This document shows positions 44,801 to 54,853 of a DNA stretch of 64,000 nt, piece by piece. A program made the position numbers and the translations under genes. Under the pieces are notes generated by a model. It searched no databases. It was not told the DNA's origin and was given only the letters and a program-made list of their open reading frames with translations. Numbering within the stretch: position 1 is the stretch's first letter; each line of letters opens with the position of its first letter. This stretch comes from a virus: IMG/VR virus record IMGVR_UViG_3300045988_132725. One strand, 5' to 3'.

Positions 44801-46499
44801 TCACGCCCTTGCTTGAAAGATTATTTTGGGCCTCTTGGGTAAGATCTTCCCACCTAATCGTTACATCTTGTAATGTTATGGTGTCTTTTGTCCATGCGAA
44901 ACGACCATCTGCAAACTGTCCTGTTCCATCGCTTTTTATTATGAATGAATCGTTTCTGGAGCGTATAGAACCATCATCACAAAATCTCAGTAAGGGGTTC
45001 TGGATCGTACCACCTATACCTCCCTTGCATGCCCAAAAGCCATAGGATTCGCTGTCTTCAGATAATGTGTCATCTGTTGGTTGGTACTGGGTGGCATATT
45101 CTCCAAACTCAAGCTGAGGTGAGCAAACTATCAATTGCTCCGTAGTCTCGAATCTCATGGTAAGTTCGTTTGCAGTGGAATATACAGGGAATGTGGTCGT
45201 ATATCTACGCCATCCAGCCTCTATTTCGAAAGAGTCTATCAAGTTCGTGTTTTGATAGATCTTTACGGTTAAATCTTTTGTTCCCTTGATCCATATAGAG
45301 AAAGTGACAATCTTGTCTTTGTTCGCTGATGCCCAGCCCGCTTCCCTGCAAACCAACGTGTGCATATTTACGGTGGTAAACTTGTATGCGTTACCAATGC
45401 GTGCCGGTAGATTCTCATTGGTTAGTAGTGTTGCTGTGCCTTGAAAATCGCATTCAAGACTGTTTCGCATCAAGTTCTTCTGTATTCTTCCTGCATAGAA
45501 AGTACTGGAGAATCCATTCTCATCGCCAGCGGTTAACGTACCGGCTATACCAACGTTCTGGGTTGCGTAGAGGTTTTGGGAGTAGACACCATAACCCTTG
45601 AGCGTACCAAACACGGGATCTACTATTTGCCCGATTTTTCCGATGGTAGCCTTGTTTGCGTTCGTGAAATTGGCTATGTCGGATAACTTGATGATATTTA
45701 GCTCGGCGATATATACGGTCGTATAGGCTGGAACACCATCAAGAATGATTGAGAAACTTCTTGTGTCTCTTTGCGCTTGATCAATGTTCACCAGATGAAA
45801 CCTGTATTCCCATTCAGTCGATGCGCTAATGGTTCCCTCAGCCTCGTATTTGCTATCGTCCGTATATCCGAACTTGAATGGGAGAGATGCTATTGTCCAA
45901 CTTGCCTTGATCTTGTATGATATAACAACAACATTCTGGGTGTTCAATGTATCCTCGAAGGTTGTCTTTATCCTTGCGTTTCCAGATGATGCCTTGCTGA
46001 TGGAGAATACACGATAAGCGCCATCAAGGTATTTCTCATAAGAGCATGAGCTTCCGGTATTAAGGATTGCGTTATATTTATCCTTGGATGCTGTATTAGG
46101 GGTGTTTCCCGGCAAGAAAGGGATACACAACGATTTCTCGGTTCCAAGTTTGTCAAGAACACTCATATAAGGCGCTTCAGAATCACTTGCCGTTAAGTAT
46201 AAGGCTCCGCTTCTGTCTGCGTTGAAAAGATTGGTCATCCTTGCGAAATCCAACACTTGATCGCTGGAGGGAATATCTCCGTCTAGCAATGCTCCCACGA
46301 AATAAGGCGAATCCTCCAGTACCCCGTTCTCGTTGGCGATCTTATCTATTCCTGTATCGAGAACAGCCATCAAGCTGTATATAGTATTCTTTCCGTCAAA
46401 ATATTGTCTTCTGACGATATCCCCGGCTTGTAATCCTTGTATTTTCTTTGATTTAGGATCGATAGAGATCTTGTACTTCGTATAATTGATTAATGACAT
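41832..46499 (-). CDS. Giant tail fibre / receptor-binding protein (1555 aa) with an internal ~75-aa duplication
   Basis: Size, position and Gly/Ser/Thr/Asn-rich beta-type sequence. Duplicated block is W(K/N)I..N.(L/I)YTGT..TS.GFSTSGIT.YS.G..AAIR...F.ID..GNA.FKG..EA.SG. Confidence 0.7.
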   Translation of the reverse strand: MSLINYTKYKISIDPKSKKIQGLQAGDIVRRQYFDGKNTIYSLMAVLDTGIDKIANENGVLEDSPYFVGALLDGDIPSSDQVLDFARMTNLFNADRSGALYLTASDSEAPYMSVLDKLGTEKSLCIPFLPGNTPNTASKDKYNAILNTGSSCSYEKYLDGAYRVFSISKASSGNARIKTTFEDTLNTQNVVVISYKIKASWTIASLPFKFGYTDDSKYEAEGTISASTEWEYRFHLVNIDQAQRDTRSFSIILDGVPAYTTVYIAELNIIKLSDIANFTNANKATIGKIGQIVDPVFGTLKGYGVYSQNLYATQNVGIAGTLTAGDENGFSSTFYAGRIQKNLMRNSLECDFQGTATLLTNENLPARIGNAYKFTTVNMHTLVCREAGWASANKDKIVTFSIWIKGTKDLTVKIYQNTNLIDSFEIEAGWRRYTTTFPVYSTANELTMRFETTEQLIVCSPQLEFGEYATQYQPTDDTLSEDSESYGFWACKGGIGGTIQNPLLRFCDDGSIRSRNDSFIIKSDGTGQFADGRFAWTKDTITLQDVTIRWEDLTQEAQNNLSSKGVRITGRNVFYYDKDGTVDSNITALEAEEINIVPTSRKWEYLSPNGFWISAGSASTSLLLSDTSSIWSQKNNLSIKYTAIVNNKEYYDLISVYKVYNGVDGIRGEDGIGILSIEELYAVSSSKTTPPSGWDGNIPEMTPTNKYLWNKERINFSDGTKKESVQIIGVYGDTGATGNGISSITNYYLATTASSGVTTSTSGWSTNVNSQVISKDKPYLWGYEVIKYTDNTSKTSVPHVIGHFGKDGEIGQPGKDANLLDWVNDWNTNKTEINGNQVITPKIFAGTKNSDGTLTGLALGNLPLKVANPSGGYVTRTINGIYGFNKGKNTWFLDSVGNAQLGADKQYIKYNSSTGKIEFGEDVVLSWGNMDYNGYKDIMDNQIKHTDFKEYTKDETTNIYTFPGITTYGITLSLYVNTWLSITSTSATDSTVSQNCVRFSTNKICDPASLAFRIFSNVNTNMYIKFGASNNNIVTKPLTKNTWTNVEIENFTGMDSSYIYIGFGTAGTFYITNNSMILTNSETVMEWRLSQADLQSRLTKITSTGIYTGTLEAKQVITAALKADSIQTEDLQAKFITADIINTLELTTKKGTLANWKIEENYLYTGTKQTSDGFSTSGITFYSDGANLAAIRAKNFRIDTNGNAYFKGNIEATSGLIGGWKITNKGLKHECVTGSVVDSVIYIDSNGTIAHAKMTIVDGETYPSTGDTNTFWRLGNDGSGCLAKGNIKWDKEGKVTFGKDVTVNATVDTSKINAVTGTIGKWNITGNSIYTGTERTSEGFSTSGITLYSNGSQAAIRSPQFYIDMDGNAHFKGKLEAASGSFSGEVTATSGKIGGWAISSNNINNGILSINSAGTIKSTNKWELSQSNGLTMYEGQKIESQFDPNHYNRLDSGMVSGYYKNEAIYDSSKYTFESTWEIKMPRDYMNINNISNNDLSYIFEKYSPYIVLKGIAYENSNPSQKIIRKTIITAGGIYIRDFNGQTYSLGNTGFIDTDL

Positions 46500-46503
46500 A
46501 AGT

Positions 46504-48189
46504 TTATGGTATTGTTGTTACTTTATCTGCGCTACATGAGTCACTTACCCAGAGAGAGCCGTTGACTACGCTTATTTTTTGGATCTCAAGCTCGTAAACT
46601 CTCATTTTCTTACGGATCACGGCCTCATCTACGGTTAACTCTACATTTCCTGTATCTAGCTTTTTCCTGATCGCCCATCCCTCTCCAGCGAAACCGGTAG
46701 AGAATCTTTCGGATGATAAATTGTCCATAAAATAGGAATCTCCGTAATGTCTAATCCCAATTCCGGTTGTTCCATCAACATCTACGACATTGACTAGGTG
46801 AGTGTTGTCGGTAAAGAATAGCGTATTATCGGAAAGTCTGGTTGTCGATTCAGTTATACCGATAAAGTCTTTTGCCTCTATAGGGTTGTTGAACGTGAAA
46901 AAATCAGCGGTTGAGCCTATAAATACGCTCTCGCTGTTTCGGGATTGATCTTGGTAAATAGATGTTGATTGCCCGATATTGATAGTAGTTCTATGCGTGG
47001 CATTGTATTCTCCTCTCATGTACTTGGCTTCCAATCCGATTCCGTATGTGTCAGCTGATATGAATGGGCCAGTATCATCCCCGAATCGTAATTTTTCGTG
47101 GATAACGACAGAACTTTCAGCGGTACTGAGAAGCTTATTACCGAATCCATACCCAGCCTCAAACGTGTTCATGAAAGAGGCGTTGCCAAACTTATCGATT
47201 AGATTGTGGTCTCCAGCATAGGTAGTAAGGGTATTCCATAGCCGTATATTGGTGGTACTATCATCTCCACTTCCTAGTATCAATGAGCCGCCTATAGATG
47301 ATAGCTGGATATTATTTTCTGAAGGACATCCAAGAACATCTTTTTTGTCGATCTTGATCTTATATGTCTTACCTAGCTCAATATCTCCGTTAACCTCCAT
47401 GTTTTCATCATCATTGATATATAGGATGACATTGTTATTGGATCCAAGCTCAACTTTTTGTAAGGAGGTTAGAAGTCCTTTTAGCGTACTGTTGCCTTCC
47501 ACAAGCAAACTGCCTTTCACGTTCGAGTTCTTCATCGTCCAATCGATATCTTCCTTATTGGAATTACCGGCGTGATAGACGGTATTGCTGGAATAGGTAA
47601 AGGAATCGTTGGATACACTGAGGCTATTGGCGTTCAGTGTTCCGGTTATTTGTATGCTCGATTCCTTGAAATCAACAATATTTCCTCCATCTATCTCTAG
47701 TATTTCTTTTTTGTCACTGTCTCTGGAAAAATGATTGAATAATATCTTATTGTCGATAAATAGGTTATGGCTATCTATTTTAAGTTTTTCTTCAATCGAT
47801 ATGTACTGATCTTTTATGATAGCTCCTTCCTTTTCTTGCTTGGTTTGGAAGAATATTTTACCATCTTCTCCAGTTTGAAACCCGAATAACGTACCTAGCC
47901 TTCCAGACATGTTATCTCCTGTCTTTTTGACGAAAGTACCTAGTTGAGGCTCGGAAGGCTCGCTGGTTCCTATGCAGTTCGCTATGGGAGAGGCGAGGTT
48001 ATAGGCGGCATTCTTTATCTTGTTATTGATCACTATTTGATCCTGTTCTGGTAAACCTTCGAGAGCATCGCCTTGACTACTTTTGATACTAGCATAAAAA
48101 CTTTCATACAAGTTTTTACAAACCTCTGATCCTGCCAAATCTGGCATATCAATAAGCCCTTTGTTAGGGTCTATTATCTCTTCTGCCAT
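46504..48189 (-). CDS. Tail fibre / baseplate-attached fibre protein (561 aa)
   Basis: Position, plus the fibre-like motif VYHAGNSNKEDIDW. Confidence 0.5.
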   Translation of the reverse strand: MAEEIIDPNKGLIDMPDLAGSEVCKNLYESFYASIKSSQGDALEGLPEQDQIVINNKIKNAAYNLASPIANCIGTSEPSEPQLGTFVKKTGDNMSGRLGTLFGFQTGEDGKIFFQTKQEKEGAIIKDQYISIEEKLKIDSHNLFIDNKILFNHFSRDSDKKEILEIDGGNIVDFKESSIQITGTLNANSLSVSNDSFTYSSNTVYHAGNSNKEDIDWTMKNSNVKGSLLVEGNSTLKGLLTSLQKVELGSNNNVILYINDDENMEVNGDIELGKTYKIKIDKKDVLGCPSENNIQLSSIGGSLILGSGDDSTTNIRLWNTLTTYAGDHNLIDKFGNASFMNTFEAGYGFGNKLLSTAESSVVIHEKLRFGDDTGPFISADTYGIGLEAKYMRGEYNATHRTTINIGQSTSIYQDQSRNSESVFIGSTADFFTFNNPIEAKDFIGITESTTRLSDNTLFFTDNTHLVNVVDVDGTTGIGIRHYGDSYFMDNLSSERFSTGFAGEGWAIRKKLDTGNVELTVDEAVIRKKMRVYELEIQKISVVNGSLWVSDSCSADKVTTIP

Positions 48190-48992
48190 TATTTTACTTT
48201 TACGGTTTGTGATAGAAATGAATTACACTCGGAGAGGAACGATGTGAAATTAGCGAGATTGATGATTGGCATCGTCCCTAGCATGGTAGGGGTGGTTATC
48301 TTTGAGCATTCGGTTATGAATTTCATCATGAGGGTCACAAGCTGCGTACCCAATACCGCTGGCTCTGTCGCTCCCTCTCCGATATTTATTGTTTTCCCCT
48401 CCAGTGTTACCCCAGATGGATCGATCTTTTCATACGAGCCTTCTACGGTATCCTTTATTTGGGCCTTATCGATCTCTCTTTTGGACGATCCTATCTCTGA
48501 TGTTATCTTGTCGGGAGCGATGGTTTGAGTGGCTGAGTCGGTCTTGTTCGAGACCATAGAGGTTATTGATGAGTTGGTATATGTGGTTTTGCTCTTGTTC
48601 CCGTCATCTTCCAATTCGTTATAGTCAACCTCATCGTTAGGAGTTTCGCTGGTGACTCCTATATTTACTTCTTTGGTTGAGATGATATTGTAGGTATCGA
48701 TATGGGAGAAGGATAAGATAGAGGCGTTACCGGTTCCTACCGCCCATAATACTGTCACGTCAGACTTGATGGTAGGAATAGTCATCTGGCCCTTGCTTAA
48801 TCCGGGAATGGCATTCAATGGAATTTCTGGTATCCTTACCGTCCCATCCATGGAAATGAAATCTATGGTTCCTATGACTCCATTATCTCCCGGCGTATAT
48901 TTGGCTACAAAGCCGTGCAATATCATCAAGTTATTCTCCGGGGCCTGTACGATCCGTCTCAGCGCTTCTGATAGTTTGTTCTGGTCTGCCAT
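48189..48992 (-). CDS. Baseplate central spike (gpV/gp45-like by position)
   Basis: Follows the hub gene. ATGA-type overlaps with neighbours. Confidence 0.4.
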   Translation of the reverse strand: MADQNKLSEALRRIVQAPENNLMILHGFVAKYTPGDNGVIGTIDFISMDGTVRIPEIPLNAIPGLSKGQMTIPTIKSDVTVLWAVGTGNASILSFSHIDTYNIISTKEVNIGVTSETPNDEVDYNELEDDGNKSKTTYTNSSITSMVSNKTDSATQTIAPDKITSEIGSSKREIDKAQIKDTVEGSYEKIDPSGVTLEGKTINIGEGATEPAVLGTQLVTLMMKFITECSKITTPTMLGTMPIINLANFTSFLSECNSFLSQTVKVK

Positions 48993-50245
48993 TATTTATC
49001 GCTTAATTTATATGGTATCTTTAATTTTTGCCTATACCCCTTTACCCCGAAAGTCGTTATTACCTCGCTTACCACGTAAGTTCCGTTTCGCTCGGGATTG
49101 AGGTTATCCGTCAGCCGTATCTTGCATCCAGCTTGTAATCCAAAATCACCGAAGATCGTAAGGTCTCCATCGATTCCGGTCTGGGATATCTCTCCGAATT
49201 TCGCTTCAGCATTCTTGATAAGAGTGTCACGGTTGACGTTATATTCATGAAAAGTACGAATATTATAAGCAGAAAGATCGATTTTGGTGTTCTTGCCGCC
49301 GTATTGGTTCGTGAGATTGTTGTTTTTGTCATATTCTGATAATAAAGTGTTCTTTAACTGGTTCTTACTTATCTTTGTCTCATTTACTACTTGAAATTTA
49401 GAGAGATCTTTAGGATCTCTTCTTATTGTAGCCTTGAACATTGAGTTGTTGGGGTACAAGGCTATCGCTTCCAAGGCGATGAGTGCTGGATCTAATTTGT
49501 GGATGGATAAATTATCCTCTGCCACGTTCTCATCAAACTCTATATCATAAGGAGTATCCGGCATGTCTTTCAGTAACGATTCAGAGGTATTGACAGAAAA
49601 GAATGTTCTGCCTATAGCTAGATGAGGAATACCGTTATAATTTCTCATATAACACATGATACCCCATTTCTTGAACCTGTTCAATATATCCGCTGCCGTA
49701 CAGCTTTGTGGATAGATAATCTGGCCTATCTCCATGTTCATCTCTTTCGTGCTGGGGTGAAGCTCTATTCCAGTGCCTTTCAGTATCGTTGGTACAAATT
49801 CATTTATCTTGGTACCTTTTGCGCTGGTTTTTATCGGATCTAGCGCTGTCTGCTTTAATATATATCCCATATCCTCACATTCAAGGGTGAAAGGATTTCC
49901 TGAAACGATAGAGGTTATGTATCCATCGAACATCGTTTTGAGATTCTCGTCTATTCCGTAGCAAAGTTTTATATTGATACGCTTGCCTCTTTTGAACAAG
50001 CTATCCTTGTCGCCCATAAGCTTGACCTCTCTGGTTCCGAACTCGTCTTTCAAAGAGGACTTGACCGTGATCTGTCTCGTGAACTCTACGGTGGCCGAAT
50101 TTATGAGTGTCTGATAGGAGTCTTTGATCTGGAGATTGACAACCTCGTTGACAGTGACCTTATTTAAGATGTTCAGTTTATCGTTAGGATCTTCGTCCCC
50201 TATTGTGATGAGACAATTCAGTATGCTTAAGCCATGTATTTCCAT
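48992..50245 (-). CDS. Baseplate hub protein (gpD / Mu gp44-like by position)
   Basis: Start set to MEIHGLSILN (ATG at 50245), which overlaps the upstream stop by 1 nt. Size and order after the tape measure fit. Confidence 0.45.
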   Translation of the reverse strand: MEIHGLSILNCLITIGDEDPNDKLNILNKVTVNEVVNLQIKDSYQTLINSATVEFTRQITVKSSLKDEFGTREVKLMGDKDSLFKRGKRINIKLCYGIDENLKTMFDGYITSIVSGNPFTLECEDMGYILKQTALDPIKTSAKGTKINEFVPTILKGTGIELHPSTKEMNMEIGQIIYPQSCTAADILNRFKKWGIMCYMRNYNGIPHLAIGRTFFSVNTSESLLKDMPDTPYDIEFDENVAEDNLSIHKLDPALIALEAIALYPNNSMFKATIRRDPKDLSKFQVVNETKISKNQLKNTLLSEYDKNNNLTNQYGGKNTKIDLSAYNIRTFHEYNVNRDTLIKNAEAKFGEISQTGIDGDLTIFGDFGLQAGCKIRLTDNLNPERNGTYVVSEVITTFGVKGYRQKLKIPYKLSDK

Positions 50246-51288
50246 TATATCCAGTTTTGTAATTGAATGAATTGTTTGGGGTTGAACTTGCGTAGATAAT
50301 CCTTTAAGCTGGCCTTGGAAACAACTTGCTCTGGGTTGGCGGCTAACCAAGCCTCACGTTTGGCGATCTCCTCTTGCATCATTTGTTTTGCGGATAAAAT
50401 CTTTTGTTTCTCTCCCTCCTCATATTTCAATGCCTCCGTATTTCTCTCGAACACTGCGTTAATCGTGTAATTCTGGACATTTGAGAATCCTATGGCTTGT
50501 GGTAAATCATAGGATAGTATTAGGATGGTATTGACCTCAAACATATCGAGGTATGGGGATTGACATGTTACCACGTCCTTATGCTTCAATATCTTTATCA
50601 AGTCCATGACCTCTTTTGTCGGATATACGTCTTGGTAGGGACTGACTATCTTCCCGGTGATGGTGATATTATAGTCCCCTCCAGAGATATATTCCTTACG
50701 TGTGAGATCCCGACCTTGTACCTTGGTCAACAGGATATTCTTTTGCTCGGAGAGCTTGATAACCGCATGTCCATCGAAGAATTGATAATTTTCGCTTCCG
50801 TCCTTTATTTGAAGCTGTATGTAATGCCTGATAGGAGTTCCATCCAATCCTTTCTCTTGCAGTAAATTGACTGGGGTATTAGCTTCGACCAGTTTCTTGA
50901 TATTGCTATCCCTGTCAAATAGATTGTATCTGGTTTGAAGTTTGTAGTCTGGGGAACCGTTAACGATCTCATCAGCCATTCTTAATGCCGCTTGTTTTGT
51001 CCTCCAAGTAACAATACGCTCTATGATCCTTGCTTTTTTCTGAAGGTAGGCTTTTGGGTTTCTAGCTAGATCAATGATATTGATTCGAGGGATATAGGTA
51101 AGAACCGATGATGGGTCTTTGCCTTTATATAATTCCCCCAATACCCTTTTTATGGCATGATTCTCGTAGTCCTTGGGTTTAAGTGGGGGGAGTGTTTTTT
51201 TCGATAACTCGTTGGCTACGCTTGCGAATATCCTTGGTGTTGGATTTTCAGGTTTAATCGTAGATTCTATGATACTTAGTTTTTCCAT
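50245..51288 (-). CDS. Tail protein following the tape measure (DNA-circulation-like position)
   Basis: Position only. Confidence 0.35.
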   Translation of the reverse strand: MEKLSIIESTIKPENPTPRIFASVANELSKKTLPPLKPKDYENHAIKRVLGELYKGKDPSSVLTYIPRINIIDLARNPKAYLQKKARIIERIVTWRTKQAALRMADEIVNGSPDYKLQTRYNLFDRDSNIKKLVEANTPVNLLQEKGLDGTPIRHYIQLQIKDGSENYQFFDGHAVIKLSEQKNILLTKVQGRDLTRKEYISGGDYNITITGKIVSPYQDVYPTKEVMDLIKILKHKDVVTCQSPYLDMFEVNTILILSYDLPQAIGFSNVQNYTINAVFERNTEALKYEEGEKQKILSAKQMMQEEIAKREAWLAANPEQVVSKASLKDYLRKFNPKQFIQLQNWI

Positions 51289-54182
51289 TAGCTGTATGAT
51301 ATTTCAAAATCCTTTACTGCGTCTATCATTACTTGCGTTACTTTTTCTTTGAAGGTCTCCATATCCTCTTCGTTGGTTGAGTTTACATTGATACTTCCAA
51401 TGAGGGATTGGATATTGATAGTGATTATCTTGGGTTGTGTTCCGGAAGTCTTGCCTACTCCGCTATAGGCGCTATTTCCACCATTACCATTACCTCCATT
51501 TTCTGCTCCACTTGCATCTCCTTCTATTCTTATATCTTTCGTGGAGCGAAGCTCGGACATGTCAAATAAATCCTTGATATCACCTAGCGCTGAGATCAAT
51601 GGATTCAAGAACCATGATTTTACCCCAGAGTTTCTAAGTGCGGTCATTGCGGATTTGGACGTGTTCGTTGCTGCTTCCTTGTCGTTATATACGATATCGC
51701 CAGATGGCGCTATTATATGATACCCTAGCGATTTTTGGCTTAGATCGTAACCCGTGAAATTCTTGATGAAGTCAATGGCCTCGTTGCTGCTTACAGGTAA
51801 CCCACTTGCTATCTTTAGCTGAAGGTCCATGATCTCTTTTAATGAGCCAAGCCCTATATCGATGGATTTATTTACGGCCTCCGTGAATTGCTTTGTCTTG
51901 CTTTCCGTATCTGCGTTAAGTTGGTTGACGCTGTCTAATATAGTTACTCCCCTTGACCTTTCCTCATCGGTGAGATTGATATATGGACCGAAATTGTATT
52001 TGTAGGATTTCTTCTGGTTTTCCATGTCATCGATAAGATCAATATAAACCGACTTGATCTTGTCTTTCCCTAAATCCTCCATTCCAATGGATGCCATGAG
52101 ATATTGGTTGGCTATTTTCGATCCTTCCAAGTCTCCCCGTTCGGACATAGCTCTTATGTATTGCGGATAGACGCTACTTTCCCCATTGAACATCATGTTC
52201 TTTGTTCCAAGATCATATCCTAGAAAATCATAGTATTTTGTTCCAGAAAGGGCTTTCTTTGCGTTATTGTTTCCATTATCGGAGCTGTCATCGTCCTTAT
52301 CCTTGAATACGGGCAGCAGATTTTCATATTCTTTCTTTATTGACTCGCTTACCGCTTGCGTTGTCTTCCCTGCCCCATATACACCTATTCCCAAAGAGGC
52401 TAAAGCGGTAACGGCTGCGGTTACTATTGCTGGTATTCCTCCTATGGCCGCTAGCAATCCTCCTCCAATAGCAGATCCAACCCCACCGGCTCCTCCTATG
52501 GCGGTTGTCAATGCGCTAGCCCCTCTAGCGGTATTAAAAAGACCTTTTGCCATAGGAGTTATGGCCGCTACGATTTTTGATATCTTCTTGAATAGTACCC
52601 CTCCAATTACAAGATATTCTAACCAATTCCAATTTTCGGATACCCATGTAGATACTCCAACCAATGCTTTTGTTAATGCGACCAATCCTGTGGCTACATC
52701 TTTGAACATCTGAGCTGTTCCCGGTTGCTTCAATAATAAGACCAGATCGTCCAGTCCTTCCTTGATGACAGGGTTATAAGCCTCGAACACGGTCATACCT
52801 GTTTCCGTGAACTGAGACGTGACCTTGTCCCATTTCCCCTTGATGGTATCTTGTTTTTTGGAAGCTATGTTATCAGCCAGACCTCCGGAGTAGATTGAAT
52901 TTTGTATTAATTCCGGAAGTTTCATCAACTCGGCGAATACGTTGTTAGCAGCGTTTCCACCGATTTTATCAAATAGTTTGGTCAGGTCTTGTACGCTGGC
53001 ATCGTTAGACTTGAGCTGGGAGAATATGTCAAATAACGATCTTAATTTGGTCTTTCCTGTTGCCTTGTCTAGCTCATATAGCTGGATGTTGTATTTTTTC
53101 AAGACCTCAGTTCCCTTTTTTGTAGGATTCAATAATCTTGTCATCATCGCTCGTAAGGCTGTACCCGCAACCGTACCTTTCAATCCGGCGTTTCCTAGCG
53201 CCCCGATAGCGGCAGTCGCTTCATTGAAAGAGATCTTGGCCATACTCATCATGGGAGCTGCGAATTTCATGGCTTCACCCATTTCCAATACATTGGTATT
53301 TGTGCTGGTGGTAACGCTCGTAAGGATGTCCGCTATCTGTGGCATTTTGGAGCTATCCAACCCATAAGCGGTCTGGATGTTCGTTACTATATCTGCCATC
53401 CTATCAAGTGGAGCGTCACCAATGATAGCGAGATTGGCGATAGGTTTTATGGAATTATTGATATCCTCGATATTTAAGCCTGCCATACCTAGGTATTTGG
53501 CTGCTCCCGCAACCTCGGTCGTAGTGAACTTTGTATCGACACCAACCTTACGGATATTCTTTGACATATCAGAGAATCGCTGATCGAACGTGGTGATGTC
53601 CTTGTCCGTGGCTTTAAGGATACTCTGCACCGTTGTCATGATATTCTCATATTCAGCTGCATCCTTTACAATACTCATGGTTCCCATACCGATAGCGGCG
53701 GCACCAATCATGTTCGGGAAAGGGAATCCTGCTGCGTACATGACATCCGCAGCCCCAAATAACCCTTTCGCCCCGCTGCCAAAGCCACGTGCAGCTCTGT
53801 TGTTGCCATTTTTAGGGACATAGTTTCTATTTTTCCTACCCGGAATAGAGGTTGTTGATCCGGTCGTGGTATTGGTCGTTTGGTTAACCTTGGTATTGAT
53901 AGTGACCGTTTTTCCCTTGATCGTGTTGATGTGAGATTGAAGGTCTTTTAACTCTTTCTTTATGCCATTATCAATACTGAATTTAATCTTCTTAGGTCTT
54001 GTGCCAGTGATTCTATTGAGACTTACAAAAGCAGCGTTGACTTTTCCAATCTCTTTTCTCAATGTTTCTAGGGAGGTTATGATGGGAGGGATAGTCCTTT
54101 GAATCGTGCTTTGAAAATCACTGATATTTTTAGAAGCTTGCGCCCCGTTGATGTCTATATTGTACCTGACGTTGTAATCCAT
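51288..54182 (-). CDS. Tail tape measure protein
   Basis: TTEVAGAAKYLGMAGLNIEDINNSIKPIANLAIIGDAPLDRMADIVTNIQTAYGL is the conserved TMP core. Gly/Ala-rich transmembrane-like stretch. 964 aa. Confidence 0.85.
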   Translation of the reverse strand: MDYNVRYNIDINGAQASKNISDFQSTIQRTIPPIITSLETLRKEIGKVNAAFVSLNRITGTRPKKIKFSIDNGIKKELKDLQSHINTIKGKTVTINTKVNQTTNTTTGSTTSIPGRKNRNYVPKNGNNRAARGFGSGAKGLFGAADVMYAAGFPFPNMIGAAAIGMGTMSIVKDAAEYENIMTTVQSILKATDKDITTFDQRFSDMSKNIRKVGVDTKFTTTEVAGAAKYLGMAGLNIEDINNSIKPIANLAIIGDAPLDRMADIVTNIQTAYGLDSSKMPQIADILTSVTTSTNTNVLEMGEAMKFAAPMMSMAKISFNEATAAIGALGNAGLKGTVAGTALRAMMTRLLNPTKKGTEVLKKYNIQLYELDKATGKTKLRSLFDIFSQLKSNDASVQDLTKLFDKIGGNAANNVFAELMKLPELIQNSIYSGGLADNIASKKQDTIKGKWDKVTSQFTETGMTVFEAYNPVIKEGLDDLVLLLKQPGTAQMFKDVATGLVALTKALVGVSTWVSENWNWLEYLVIGGVLFKKISKIVAAITPMAKGLFNTARGASALTTAIGGAGGVGSAIGGGLLAAIGGIPAIVTAAVTALASLGIGVYGAGKTTQAVSESIKKEYENLLPVFKDKDDDSSDNGNNNAKKALSGTKYYDFLGYDLGTKNMMFNGESSVYPQYIRAMSERGDLEGSKIANQYLMASIGMEDLGKDKIKSVYIDLIDDMENQKKSYKYNFGPYINLTDEERSRGVTILDSVNQLNADTESKTKQFTEAVNKSIDIGLGSLKEIMDLQLKIASGLPVSSNEAIDFIKNFTGYDLSQKSLGYHIIAPSGDIVYNDKEAATNTSKSAMTALRNSGVKSWFLNPLISALGDIKDLFDMSELRSTKDIRIEGDASGAENGGNGNGGNSAYSGVGKTSGTQPKIITINIQSLIGSINVNSTNEEDMETFKEKVTQVMIDAVKDFEISYS

Positions 54183-54305
54183 GTTATAGGCTTTGGTTAT
54201 TGTTTGCTTAATAAAGAATAGCTTGAAGCGTAAAGACTTGATTAAAAAAGAAAACCCCCACCGACATCACGTCGATAGGGGCCTAGAGAGGAATATATAA
54301 AGTAG

Positions 54306-54494
54306 TTAAGAAAAAAGCCTAACTGATGATGTGGCTATGACTTGGTTATGTAACCACAAAGCATCGTTGGCGATCAATGCGAAATCTTCGTCTGATATCG
54401 TGGATAGATCTACGCTGGGAAAGTAATGACGGACGAGGGCTATATATTGTCTTAGCCACTCATCACCCCTTACTTGCCAGCGATCGAGAAATTT
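54306..54494 (-). CDS. -1 frame extension of the tail assembly chaperone (gpGT-like frameshift product)
   Basis: From the slippery site the -1 frame is open for 62 codons (KFLDRWQVRGDEWLRQYIALVRHYFPSVDLSTISDEDFALIANDALWLHNQVIATSSVRLFS*), ending at 54306-54308. Confidence 0.6.
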   Translation of the reverse strand, partial: KFLDRWQVRGDEWLRQYIALVRHYFPSVDLSTISDEDFALIANDALWLHNQVIATSSVRLFS

Positions 54495-54853
54495 GCGACC
54501 TTGGCTTGGCGAGAGCCAATGATATTAACCAGTTTTGCGGACAAGCCATATAAGAACAATGAATCATCGTCCACTAGTTCCTTATCTCCTTGGATAAACG
54601 TGTCACGTGCCAATGATCGGACGGCTGCGATCTCATCCTTCTTCTGTAATTGTGCGAACTTACTGAACGCAACGAAATCCGGTTCTCTGAAATAAGCGAT
54701 ATACACTTCCTTGTCATCGTACTCGTCACCAAATACTACGATAGGATAGACTCTTTTGTTTTTCTTGGGGTCTTGTTTTCTGATTTCCTCTAAGGTTTTC
54801 TTGATAGTTTCTTCTTGTGCTAATGTAAGCTCTTTGCTTTCTTCCATTTCCAT
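54470..54853 (-). CDS. Tail assembly chaperone (gpG-like)
   Basis: Acidic 127-aa protein immediately upstream of the tape measure, with a frameshift site near its end. Confidence 0.65.
   Translation of the reverse strand: MEMEESKELTLAQEETIKKTLEEIRKQDPKKNKRVYPIVVFGDEYDDKEVYIAYFREPDFVAFSKFAQLQKKDEIAAVRSLARDTFIQGDKELVDDDSLFLYGLSAKLVNIIGSRQAKVANFSIAGK
54488..54494 (-). promoter_or_regulatory. Programmed -1 ribosomal frameshift slippery heptamer A AAT TTC
   Basis: GCA AAT TTC is in the zero frame (X XXY YYZ phase is correct), 6 codons before the chaperone stop. Confidence 0.6.

Noticed and set aside
35188-46499. Diversity-generating retroelement or invertible (shufflon-type) fibre switching
   Set aside because: No reverse transcriptase, Avd-like gene, template/variable repeat pair or invertase is present in the window. 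The only fibre repeat is an in-gene protein-level duplication.
54183-54305. Imperfect hairpin CCCCTATCGAC...GTCGGTGGGG followed by a T-run between the chaperone extension and the tape measure, considered as a terminator
   Set aside because: The stem has an internal mismatch or bulge, and termination here would uncouple the tape measure from its chaperone. At most it is an attenuator, and it is not supported enough to annotate.
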